Notes: generated by a model not told the origin, from the sequence alone. A DNA stretch of 64,000 nucleotides from Octopus sinensis (GCF_006345805.1 NC_043001.1:29140001-29204000), one strand, 5' to 3'; positions 51,653 through 63,741 are shown, counted from the first letter of the stretch. Numbers and translations: made by a program.

Positions 51653-52173
51653 CATATGCTGCTATATGTATGTATAAAAAAACAAAGCAAAAAATGGAAC
51701 AAGAATGTAACAGGTGACAACAAGACATCCGGACAGTTAGACTATACAAAAAAGGACAGGAAAAAAAAAGGATGGGTCATTCAGAGTTTTCTTTCTTTAG
51801 TCAAATTCCAGATCGTTGCTGCAGGTTCAGCCAGTTACTCTTGAGACTTCTCCAGTCTGGTTGGCCCCAAGAAAATCAAAGCTAAGAGCACTAGATTCTT
51901 TGAAAGAAAGCAAGCAAATGTATACGAAGACAAGGACAAAAAACCCCAGAGAAATGATACACAATTACAAATACAAACCACAGGACATAAACAACAATAT
52001 GTGTGTGTGTGTGTATGTGTGTATGTGTATGTATGTATATATATTTATGTATATGCTGAGTTGCATAACTGGATTGTTACTTAACACTTTGTTGAATCCC
52101 TTGCGCAAAACCAATTGGCAAGATCGGTTATAATTGATATATAATACTGTACACTTCACATGATATATATATA

Positions 52174-52540
52174 TCTATATATATAAAACTGTAGTTGTGT
52201 GAGTGTCTGTCCCCTTCGATTTAGATTCCTAACTACTCCCACATTTTGCGGTACAGTTTAACCAAATTCGGGTATCTTATAGTCATGATTCATATCAAGC
52301 CCGTCTGAGTATTAGTGTGCGTCTACGATGAGTCTACGATTTAAAAAATAATTTAACATCATTTTTTATTCCATTTTAATGCATAATTTTTCGTGTGTCG
52401 ATGGCTTCATGGCTTGAAGACACCAAAACAGAAATGGCTAAGAAAGCCCGAATTGGCATCTATAAGGGAAGTAACTCGCTAAAAATGCTTATATAGTTAT
52501 TTCCCTTACAAACCCAAGCAACGCCGGGCGATACTGCTAG
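52174..52540 (+). mobile_element. Non-autonomous Helitron (367 bp)
   Basis: A|TC start (TCTATATATATAAAA), subterminal GC-rich CGCCGGGCG, CTAG|T end, no TSD. Confidence 0.8.
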
Positions 52541-52854
52541 TATATATATATATGCCACAAAGTAAGTTAGGGGTTATGGATATAACCCACTAAGGGATAG
52601 TATTTATCCAATATACTGTTGGTAAAGTACCCAGATTCTTAATACATAAATGTTTTTAATTGCAATGCAGTTAACTTATTTATTGTGTTAAACGGGTGAA
52701 GGTAAAGAAATATTTTTACCGTTAATTTATTATACAAATAAGAAAATGGAAAAACAAATTTAGTTTGTTCATCATCTTTCGGATATTAGAATGTTGAATT
52801 ATTTATTCATTTAACAAAATGAGAACCTTAATAGCATACATATTTATATATAGG

Positions 52855-53232
52855 AGCACTCCGTCGGTTACGACAATGAGGGTCCCAGCTGATACGATCA
52901 ACGGAACAGCTTGCTCGTGGAATTAACGTGCAAGTGGCTGAGCATTCCACAGACACATGTACCCTTAACGTAGTTCTCGAGGAGATTCAGCGTGACACAG
53001 AATGTGACAAGGCTGGCCCTTTGAAATACAGGTACAACAGAAACAGGAAGAAAGAGTGAGAGAAAGTTGTGGTGAAAGAGTACAGCAGGGTTCACCACCA
53101 CCCCTGCAGGAGCCTTGTGAAGCTTTAGGTGTTTTCGCTCAATAAACACTCACAATTCCCGGTCTGGGAATCGAAACCACGATCCTACGACCGCGAGTCC
53201 GCTGCCCTAACCACTGGGCCATTGCACCTCCA
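52855..53232 (-). mobile_element. tRNA-derived SINE (same head as 38160-38450)
   Basis: Head GGAGGTGCAATGGCCCAGTGGTTAGGG…GGTTTCGATTCCC with a different 3' region. Confidence 0.8.
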
Positions 53233-53399
53233 CCATACATATATATCTTATAATTCAATACATATAAGGATAAGAATACAAATTATAAAAATCATAATAT
53301 AAATTATTGAATGATTTCAATAATTTATATTATGATTTTTATAATTTGTATTCTTATCTTATATGTATTGAATAGCTGCTGCTCAAGTATGAAGAATAT

Positions 53400-53890
53400 C
53401 ATTATATGTTGTCAACAAGAACCTGAATCCAGCTGCAACTGTTGCAACCCAGGATGCTGTCCACTTGACCAACGATGTAAGATTAACTCTGTCATATATG
53501 AAGCAGAAGTTACTGCAACCCTAAATAATATTACAACTGATAAGAAAACCTATATTGGATTATGTGAAAGAGAATTTAAAAATCGCTATGCCAATCACAT
53601 AATCTCCTTCTGAAATAGGGACAAAAGTAAAGCTACTAAGTTGGCTAGCTACATATGGACTTTGAAAGATAACGAAACACCGCATGTGATTAAATGGAAA
53701 GTAATTGAGAAATCCATACCTTATGTGAATGGATCAAATAAATAAGACATGTTTGGCTGAAAGAGTGCAGATCCTGTTCAGATCTAAGGTCCCTAACTCT
53801 CTATTGAACTCCAGGTCAGAAATTTTCAATGGTTGCATGCATATGTATAAATATATTCTGAAGAATTGGAAAATTCGGCCTATTCCTGAC
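53400..53890 (+). mobile_element. Penelope-like element, C-terminal GIY-YIG fragment
   Basis: CNCCNPGCCPLDQRCKINSVIYEAEV…TYIGLCEREFKNRYANH…LASYIWTLKD…IKWKVI; contains stops. Confidence 0.85.
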
Positions 53891-54046
53891 TGACTTGATA
53901 TCTTTCCAGCTTTATCATTTAAGACCTAAGGAGCACTTTTGACACTTTAGTTTCGTTTTCTGTTGTTTACTGTCTGCGTTTTCTATATGTTGCCTTATCA
54001 CCTTCATCATGTTTCTTCTCTTTATTGAATTTTTTAATTTGTTATG

Positions 54047-54125
54047 ATACATGTTTTGCACCTGAAGAATATGCTTTGAGTTCTCTCAGCATATGAAACT
54101 ATTAGTAGTGCTTTAATACATGTAT
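54047..54125 (+). ncRNA. Type I hammerhead ribozyme downstream of the PLE ORF
   Basis: Helix I GCAC(54058-61)/GUGC(54108-11) plus distal AUACAUGU/ACAUGUAU; CUGAAGA 54062-68; helix II AUAUGCU/AGCAUAU; GAAA 54095-98; helix III ACUA-U-UAGU; GUA triplet 54105-07. Confidence 0.85.
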
Positions 54126-54131
54126 TGTGAC

Positions 54132-54540
54132 AAAGATTATTTGCCAACATAACATGGCAGTCTTGGTTTAGGACTATGTTGCTGTAATTTAGCCCCAGGA
54201 GACACCTATCCAGCTGGCTATATGACACGATCTGTGTCATATTTTCAAACAAGGGAATCTAGCACCCCCACTCAACTCAAAACAATATCTGTGTTTCACG
54301 ATTTCTGGGTTATTTCCCTTTGTCAGCACAGAATAATTGTTCAACTAGAGGTGGTGCTGCCTAATTCCCATTTGAAATATGTAGTTTTCAAAGTGACAAC
54401 TAGTCACTAATCTATAAATTAGAAAATTACTATTTGTAAATCTTACAGTGAGAGATATTCAGCAACAGGACTGCCATGTTACGTTGCCAAAGTACTGTTG
54501 CTGAATAACTCTCGCTGTGAGATTTACAAATAGTAATTTT
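54132..54540. mobile_element. Foldback insertion flanked by a 13-bp direct repeat
   Basis: CATGTATTGTGAC at 54119-31 and 54541-53; 47-bp-arm hairpin 54422-54468/54495-54541. Confidence 0.6.
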
Positions 54541-54556
54541 CATGTATTGTGACCTC

Positions 54557-54589
<33 letters not shown>

Positions 54590-54594
<5 letters not shown>

Positions 54595-54985
54595 TAAAAC
54601 GGTAAGATAACAAAAGAAAAAAGAGCCTCAATATTATGTAATAGAGGAAATTTATCTATACATAATATGTTACATTACTCGATAGTCAAGATAAAACTCT
54701 GAGTTTCAGATGCCGAAGTGGAAATCCACAACACCATCTCTTCAGTTATCTGGCTATTTGAAACCGCTCTATAAAAAATACCGTTATATAAAGCGAATTA
54801 CTGTGTTATATAACTCTGCTTGCCTGCGTACTTATACATCTCTCGCATTTTTCGTCATAAAAATTATATAAAAATACATAAAAATATACAAAAATATATA
54901 AATATATAAAATCTTCTTGGGACATAACATAGAAAGCATGTTCTATCTGTTTTCTTTAGGGGACCAAAAACGTAACAGAAATTTA
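54590..54985 (-). mobile_element. PLE-like terminal fragment with a hammerhead motif (54689-54751)
   Basis: Lies between TA runs. Minus strand reads AGAUAA-CUGAAGA-GAUG…CAUC-U-GAAA-CUC-A-GAGU-U-UUAUCU. Confidence 0.6.
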
Positions 54986-55036
54986 GTCACATGTGGGCAT
55001 GTATATATATGTATATATATGTAATATATATAATAA

Positions 55037-55079
<43 letters not shown>

Positions 55080-55132
55080 ACACCATATATACATACACAC
55101 ATATATAAATCTATATAGATACATATATATAT

Positions 55133-55168
<36 letters not shown>

Positions 55169-55256
55169 GATAGATATATAGATAGATAGATAGATAAGTG
55201 GATAGATAGATAGATAGATAGGCAGATAGATAGACAGATAGATAGATAGAACAGAC

Positions 55257-55294
<38 letters not shown>

Positions 55295-55394
55295 GATAGA
55301 TAGATAGATCATATAAATTATATATAAATGTATGCATATATACATGCATATATGTACATACCTACGTATATATGTATATATGCATGCATATATG

Positions 55395-55870
55395 GGTACA
55401 GAACATAAAAAAACATTGAACACAATGAGAAATGAAAACATAAAAACAAAAACATAGAAAACAATCATTTTTCGAACAACAAAGAAAACAAACAAACAGA
55501 GAAATGAGACATACAACATAAAGAATATTCCCCTTCTTCAGTTGTTCCTGTTTCATCTACTCTGCATTTCAAAGGCAAGGACAAGTCGCGACTTTGTTGA
55601 AACAGTCATTCCCGCAAAGCAAACTAAATAAAATTTGAGATTTTTTTGCAGAGAGTGAAAGTGGTAACAAGAACAGGACAGTGAGAACAAAACAGTAAAA
55701 ACAAATGGTAAGGACTGTGAAGCCAAGACGATAGAAAAATTGTTATGAACGTTAGGAAGACACTTATGAAGGAGACAGTATAAGCACGTTTTGTCTTTAC
55801 GAAGGTTTTGGGCAGAAAGATAGATTATCTTTCGTCACGTGTCAGTGTTTAAAGGGTGGCAGAGAAAAGC
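55395..55870 (-). mobile_element. Unclassified microsatellite-inserted repeat
   Basis: Strand-biased composition and microsatellite flanks resemble the PLE-like pieces, but no complete diagnostic motif was found. Confidence 0.3.
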
Positions 55871-56230
55871 AGCTTCATTTAGAGGAATGAGAGAAAGAGA
55901 GAGCGAGAGAGGGGGGGAGAGTTTGAACTGAAGTAAACAACAAGAGAGTGAGGTGAATAGTAAAGAGAGTGGATTCTGAGTAAATATAAACCCATCAATT
56001 CAGGGAAATGGAAAGAATATAGCTCTTGCTTTACATACATACATACATACATGCATACATACATACATGTATATACACACAGATACACCACACACATATA
56101 CACATACATATGTATATGCATATATATATATTTATATGCATGTACTTATGTACATGTGTGTGTATACATATACATATATATATACTGATTGTGCCTCAGC
56201 TCAGCAAGTCATTTATTATTAAAAGAAATT

Positions 56231-56277
<47 letters not shown>

Positions 56278-56909
56278 ACACACCACACACACACACACAC
56301 ACATACATACATACATACACATAAATACAGATGTGTGTGTGTGTACTGTGAGTGTCTGTTTATGTTAATGCAAATCAGGCCTCAAATAAAAGCTGAAATG
56401 TCTCTTTATACCTGGAAAAGTGGACTTAGCTATTAATAAAGATCAATAAAACAAATATCAAACAAAGTATTGGGTGGGGTCAATATAATTGATTAAAAAC
56501 CATAGAATATGTTGTACATTATGATCTCAATTCAAAGAGACAGAAGCTAATGAAAGAGTACTGTAGTTATGTCTTGTACATTAGTGTGCCTTGGTAGCAT
56601 GTATCATATTTTTGCTAATAATTTTTGGTACCTTTGTACTTATATGCATCGACCCTCTCATATTCTGGTCCTTAATCTTGCAGAACATTCAAAATGTGAC
56701 AGCTGGCATGAAGGAGCTTAAATGAAATATCAGTTCTTTGGTGGTCCCCATTTAACTGGAGTAACATAAAATGAAATGTTTTGTTTGAGGGAGGAAAAGA
56801 CCTAATGCACTATTTGCTCCTGGAATCAAACTTATTTCCTTATGATTATGAGATCCATAACCACTAATCCACTAATCCACTAATCCACAGTCAAATAAGC
56901 AAATACAAT

Positions 56910-57245
56910 CATTCTTCAACAGATGCTTGCGTAGTATACTTAAAATTAGATGGACTGAACACATAGGCAATATAGAGCTATGGCAAAGCACAAATAAAGT
57001 TTCCATTAGTAAGCAAATATTTCAGAAAAAGTGGAAGTGGATTGGTAGCACAATTAGAAAAGACAAATGTAGCAAAAAGAACTTTACAGTGGAACCCGAA
57101 TGGATATAGAAAGAAAGGTAGGCCTAAGAACTCGTGGCGTAGGAACTAGAAGAAACTAGAGAAAGGGGGACATTCATGGTAGAGTATAAGTACAGAAGCG
57201 AAAAATTATGCGATATGGAATTCAATTATAAGTGGCCTATACTCC
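56910..57245 (+). mobile_element. RTE-type LINE 3' coding fragment (second RTE lineage)
   Basis: FNRCLRSILKIRWTEHIGNIELW…WKWIG…LQWNPNGYRKKGRPKNSWRR. Confidence 0.8.
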
Positions 57246-57814
57246 GCATTGGAGGGTTAAAAGCAGGAAAAAAAGTCAAAAAATATATATAACAGAAACA
57301 AGGTACCCATGTCAGTGACACATAAGAGACACCTGTGCCAGTGACACATAAAAGGTTTCACCTTCTTCAGTTACAGCTTATTCTTTTATTCGTCTGACAG
57401 TAGCCATGCTGGAGCACTGCCTTCAGTCAAACAAATCAACCCCAAGACTTATTCTTTGTAAGCCTAGTACTTATTCTATCATTCTCTTTTGCCGAACTGC
57501 TAAGTTACTAATCCACATGCCATTGTAGTAAAAAAGTAAAAGAACATATATAACAGAAACAAGGCATTAATGCCAATGACACCTAAGAGGCCCCTGTGCC
57601 AGTGACACATAAAAAGTCTCGCCTTCTTCAGTTCGATCTAATTCTTTTATTCTTTAATTCTTTTACTTGTTTCAGTAATCTGACTGTGGCCATGCTGGAG
57701 CACCACCTTTATTCGAACAAATTAACTCTAGGACTTGTTCTTTATAAGCCTAGTACTTATTCTATCATTCTCTTTTGCTGAACTGCTAAGTTACAGGAAC
57801 ATAAACACATAAAC

Positions 57815-57857
57815 ACACACACACACACACACATACATACATACACACACACATACG

Positions 57858-57888
<31 letters not shown>

Positions 57889-58580
57889 ATACATAGGCAC
57901 AGGAGTGGCTGTGTGGTAAGTAGCTTGCTTACCAACCACATGGTTCCAGGTTCAGTCCCACAGCATGGCACCTTGGGCAAGTGTCTTCTACTATAGCCTC
58001 AGGCCAACCAAACCTTGCAAGTGGATTTGGTATATGGAAACTGAAAGAAGCCCATCATATATACATATGTATATGTTGTGTGTCTGTGTTTGTTCCCCCA
58101 CCATCACCTGATAACTGATGTTGGTGTGTTTACGTCCCTGTAACTTAGCAGTTTAGCAAAAGAAATTGATAGCATAAGTACTAGGCTTACAAAGAATGAT
58201 GTGCCTTGATGATTCACTAGTAATGCCCCAAAATCTAGAGGAGGGGTATTTTTGATTGGTGTAAAATGGTAAATATCTTTAAGTAAAAACATCGAACCCG
58301 CAAAAAAGCATGAATGCAATCACTTGACAAAGGATATGCATGGTAATGGAAGCAGACTTCAGATTCATAGACCTTATGAATAATATCATATCTTATGAAT
58401 ATGAAAATGTCCTTGCAAATGAACTTGTGGGATGCAGAAACATATGTTGTGATACACTAATAAAGCCTACAGATTTTAATCTACAAGAAATTTTCACTAT
58501 TTTATACACACACTCACATGGTCCAACCCATGAAAACAGACATTAAATGATGCTACTGCTGATGATGATGGTAATTTACA

Positions 58581-58636
<56 letters not shown>

Positions 58637-58649
58637 CATCCATCCATCC

Positions 58650-58704
<55 letters not shown>

Positions 58705-58718
58705 CCTCCATCTATCTC

Positions 58719-58776
<58 letters not shown>

Positions 58777-58856
58777 CATCCATCCATCCATTCATCCATC
58801 TAGCTAGCTGTCTGTCTGTTTGTCCGTCTCTCAATTTATCTGTCTATCTACACACA

Positions 58857-58894
<38 letters not shown>

Positions 58895-58905
58895 ACACAC
58901 ATACG

Positions 58906-58936
<31 letters not shown>

Positions 58937-59629
58937 ATACATAGGCACAGGAGTGGCTGTGTGGTAAGTAGCTTGCTTACCAACCACATGGTTCCAGGTT
59001 CAGTCCCACAGCATGGCACCTTGGGCAAGTGTCTTCTACTATAGCCTCAGGCCAACCAAACCTTGCAAGTGGATTTGGTATATGGAAACTGAAAGAAGCC
59101 CATCATATATACATATGTATATGTTTGTGTGTCTGTGTTTGTTCCCCCACCATCACCTGATAACTGATGTTGGTGTGTTTACGTCCCTGTAACTTAGCAG
59201 TTTAGCAAAAGAAATTGATAGCATAAGTACTAGGCTTACAAAGAATGATGTGCCTTGATGATTCACTAGTAATGCCCCAAAATCTAGAGGAGGGGTATTT
59301 TTGATTGGTGTAAAATGGTAAATATCTTTAAGTAAAAACATCGAACCCGCAAAAAAGCATGAATGCAATCACTTGACAAAGGATATGCATGGTAATGGAA
59401 GCAGACTTCAGATTCATAGACCTTATGAATAATATCATATCTTATGAATATGAAAATGTCCTTGCAAATGAACTTGTGGGATGCAGAAACATATGTTGTG
59501 ATACACTAATAAAGCCTACAGATTTTAATCTACAAGAAATTTTCACTATTTTATACACACACTCACATGGTCCAACCCATGAAAACAGACATTAAATGAT
59601 GCTACTGCTGATGATGATGGTAATTTACA

Positions 59630-59685
<56 letters not shown>

Positions 59686-59698
59686 CATCCATCCATCC

Positions 59699-59753
<55 letters not shown>

Positions 59754-59767
59754 CCTCCATCTATCTC

Positions 59768-59825
<58 letters not shown>

Positions 59826-59893
59826 CATCCATCCATCCATTCATCCATCTAGCTAGCTGTCTGTCTGTTTGTCCGTCTCTCAATTTATCTGTC

Positions 59894-59944
<51 letters not shown>

Positions 59945-59960
59945 ACACACACACACATAC
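57815..59960 (+). repeat. Near-perfect tandem duplication, period 1049 bp
   Basis: Identical ORFs offset by 1049 (58104/59153, 58340/59389, 58547/59596); (CA)n at the boundaries. Confidence 0.95.
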
Positions 59961-60446
59961 ACACACACACATCAAATTGAAAAAGATAGCAAAAAAGTTA
60001 TTGATATTGTATTTCATGGTGGGATTGGGTGTCCTTATACCAATAATAAACATGCACACTGGTTCTATTTCACATCATTTATTATCAATAGTCAATTAAT
60101 CAACCATTTAACTAATTATCTAACCGATTTCTTTGGTTAATCATTTTGGTCTATTAATCAACCAAGTCCTTTTGTTATCAATCCTATTCTCAACAATGCC
60201 ATGCTTTCTTTCCTCAAGGTTTGCTCCAGGTCTTTCTGTTTCCTGCTCTATAGATTTTATATTTATATGGATATGAGTGGGAGTGTATGCCAGAGAGAGG
60301 GGGTGGGTAAGAGAGAGGGAGGGTGTGAGAGAGAGAGAGAGAGAATGAAAGAAAGAGAGAGTGTATATGTGAGTGTGTGCTGGTGTATATGCATTTATGC
60401 ATGAGTCTGCATGGGTGTTGTGCACCTGTGTGACTTAGTGTAGCTT

Positions 60447-60786
60447 CAGGAGTGGCTGTGTGGTTAAGAAGCTTGCTTCCTAATCACATGGTTCTGTGTT
60501 CAGTCCCACTGTGTGGCACCTTGGGCAAGTGTCCAAAGCCTTCTGAGTGGATTTGGTAGACGGAAACTGAAAGAAGCCTAATGTGACCGCGTGTGTATCG
60601 TTGGCAATTTTCTTTCTCTGTCTTCCCTTCCTTAGACCTTTCCTTTTTCTATGTTTCTGATGAAGATCTCCACTCAAAACGTAAAACCCTCCTTCTTCTC
60701 TTCCTTCCTGAGCGTCCAATAATACTATATTTGTTCCACGTCCTTGTGTTGTTGTGTGTTCTCTTTGTGTTTTCATGTTTGGATTA

Positions 60787-60837
<51 letters not shown>

Positions 60838-61080
60838 ATGTATGTGTGTATGTATGCATGTATGTATGCACGTATTTGTGTGTCTTTGTTTGTCCCCCCA
60901 CTATTGCTTGACACTGATGTTAACGTGTTTACAGCCCCATAACTTAGTGGTTCAGCAAAAAGAGACTTGTAGAGTAAGTACTAGGCCTACAAAGAATAAG
61001 TCCTGGGGTCAATTTGTTCGACTAAAGGTGGTGTTCCAGCATGGCCACAGTCCATTGACTGAAACAAGTAAAAGAATATA
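60447..61080 (+). mobile_element. CORE-type SINE interrupted by a mini-element (60588-60790)
   Basis: Head at 60447, 3' body resumes at ~60880. The insert carries a decayed hammerhead variant at 60653-60687. Confidence 0.75.
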
Positions 61081-61324
61081 TAAAAGAATGTGTGTGTGTG
61101 TAGGGTCTGTATGTATGTATATATGCATGTATGTATGCATACACACACACACACACACATGAACACATAGCTCCCAGTTTGTTTCACTCACCACATTTGA
61201 GTGGTATGTCTTGTCATAAGTGTTAGGGTCTTCTTCAGCATAGTTTATCATCAATCAATACAGTCCTTTGTTGTCTTCTCTGTAAGATGTACCATTTTGA
61301 GGTCAGTCTTTGTGTTCATGTATA

Positions 61325-62236
61325 CATAAGCACAAAAAAATAGCAAGTAGATTGCCACTACTTTGAAACCTTTTCATACCAACACACCTGAGACTCACCT
61401 GGTTTCATAGCACAAAAAAAAATAGCAAGTAGATTGCCTCTACTTTGAAATCTTTTCATACCAACACACCTGAGACTCACCTGGTTTCATAGCACAAAAA
61501 AAAATAGCAAGTAGATTGCCTCTACTTTGAAAAAAGGTTTCATACCAACACACCTGAGACTCACCTGGTTTCATAGCACAAAAAAATAATAGCAAGTAGA
61601 TTGCCTCTACTTTGAAACCTTTTCATACCAACTCACCTGAGACTCACCTGGTTTCATAGCACAAAAAAAAAATAGCAAGTAGATTGCTTCTACTTTGAAA
61701 CCTTTTCATACCAACACACCTGAGACTCACCTGGTTTCATAGCACAAAAAAAAATAGCAAGTAGATTGCCACTACTTTGAAACCTTTTCATACCAACACA
61801 CCTGAGACTCACCTGGTTTCATAGCACAAAAAAAAAAATAGCAAGTAGATTGCCTCTACTTTGAAATCTTTTCATACCAACACACCTGAGACTCACCTGG
61901 TTTCATAGCACAAAAAAAAATAGCAAGTAGATTGCTTCTACTTTGAAACCTTTTCATACCAACACACCTGAGACTCACCTGGTTTCATAGCACAAAAAAA
62001 AATAGCAAGTAGATTGCCTCTACTTTGAAACCTTTTCATACCAACACACCTGAGACTCACCTGGTTTCATAGCACAAAAAAAAAATAGCAAGTAGATTGC
62101 CACTACTTTGAAACCTTTTCATACCAACACACCTGAGACTCACCTGGTTTCATAGCACAAAAAAAAAATAGCAAGTAGATTGCCTCTACTTTGAAACCTT
62201 TTCATACCAACACACCTGAGACTCACCTGGTTTCAT
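61325..62236. repeat. Minisatellite, ~82-bp unit x 11
   Basis: Unit CATAGCAC(A)8-11TAGCAAGTAGATTGCCTCTACTTTGAAACCTTTTCATACCAACACACCTGAGACTCACCTGGTTT. Confidence 0.97.
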
Positions 62237-63506
62237 GAACTGACGTTTTGTTTTAAAATAAATTCTTTACTTGTTTCAGTCTTTTGACTGTGGCCATGCT
62301 GGACTCTTTTGGTAGAGTCCCAAGTTATGGTTCATTACAATTCTATATTGTAAATCCATGAAGGGACCCCAGGTAAATTGCTTTTTACAGAGTGATATGT
62401 AATAAATAAATTACAGATAATGGTCATTACGTATAATTCCTTTATTAGAGCAAATGTGCCTTACAGCTGTTTCCAATAATCATTTTAGGTACATTACTGA
62501 TAGGTTTACTCAACTGGTCTATTTGATCAATTGAGGTAAATTGAATGACCAAAGAAATATATAATGCAACTTTCATCAGAGCCATGTCTGGAAATAACAA
62601 GCAGAGCACTTCAGGAATGGTTATTGTGTGGGTTGTTCAAGTAAAATGGAGAACAGGGTAAGACAGGTTACATGGGGGGTAAGAGCAGGTAAGGGAGTGG
62701 TGCCTGAGTCACTTAGTAGTAGTAGTAGTAGTAGTAGTAGTAGAAACAGCAATTGGGATGTTGTGTTTCTAAATTTGGAAGCGGGACAGTCACAGACATG
62801 GGTCAGCATTCATTACCATACTAGCATTGTATCTAGTTTAAATATTCTCCAGCCATCGTGCTGAAATTTGATATGGGCTTTTCATGGACGTAGGTTAGTC
62901 TTAGCCAGTAATTTTCAATCTTTAATCTATTAATCTAGCATAGTGGGGGAATAATGTTAGAGAGTGAAAGGATACAAATTTTTATTCATATCATAGGTGT
63001 CATAAAAGCTCTTATTATCAGGATATAAATACTGATAGATTTAGAGACATTGTTACAAATGGGGTGATGTCAAGTTAATTAAATGTAAATTAGATGTAAC
63101 TTCAAGGTGACCTGATTATTCAGGTTTTTAAATTTAAATTAATAAAAGGGTTAGAGTTAAAATTTAACTAAAGTTGAAGTTTCCAATTGTAGCATTAAGA
63201 TATACGAAGATATAGAGGATTAGAGTAGGCTAGCAGAGTAATGTGTTATACCAAAACAATTATGATTAAGGTGACGGCATCAACATCAATAACATCAATA
63301 TCAATAATATCAATACTAATAATATTGATAAGAAAAATCTTCCAAAATAACAGCAGAAATAACAATACCAATAATCATAGGGTAATAATAAAACAAGAAT
63401 AAGAGGGTAGTGGTCCCAGTACTGGATGAATAAAATAGGATAGAATAACATTTTTTAAAAATTAAAAAGCAAAATTTTAAGTTTTAAAATAATTTAAAAC
63501 CCATAG

Positions 63507-63548
<42 letters not shown>

Positions 63549-63557
63549 TATATATAT

Positions 63558-63730
63558 GGCCATAACATGTTGAAAGCACCAGTTCTCGTCCGATCACCGA
63601 AGTTAAGCAACGTTGAGCCTAGTTAGTACTTAGATGGGTGACCGCTTGGGAAACATAGGTGCTATAAGTATCACACATTTAATGGCGGTGCCCCTGCATG
63701 GCCACAGCTCGTGAACTGAAACTAGATAAA
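63558..63730 (+). mobile_element. 5S rRNA-derived head (63558-~63670) joined to a SINE-type tail: candidate SINE3 or 5S pseudogene
   Basis: GGCCATAACATGTTGAAAGCACCAGTTCTCGTCCGATCACCGAAGTTAAGCAACG…TAGTACTTAGATGGGTGACCGC is clearly 5S, lacking the first ~6 nt and showing CpG decay. The tail GGCGGTGCCCCTGCATGGCCACAG…CTGAAAC matches the CORE-SINE tail. Confidence 0.85.
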
Positions 63731-63741
63731 TTATATATATA

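Noticed and set aside
55530-55580. Possible type II hammerhead (CCUUU-GAAA…CUGAAGA-AGGGG, minus strand)
   Set aside because: Helix II can pair but helices I and III cannot be built.
61325-62236. CRISPR-like appearance of the array
   Set aside because: Units are contiguous with no unique spacers, there are no cas genes, and the context is eukaryotic.
63552-63670. Functional 5S rRNA gene
   Set aside because: The 5' end is missing, CpG-type substitutions are present, there is no T-run terminator, and it is a single copy fused to a SINE tail.
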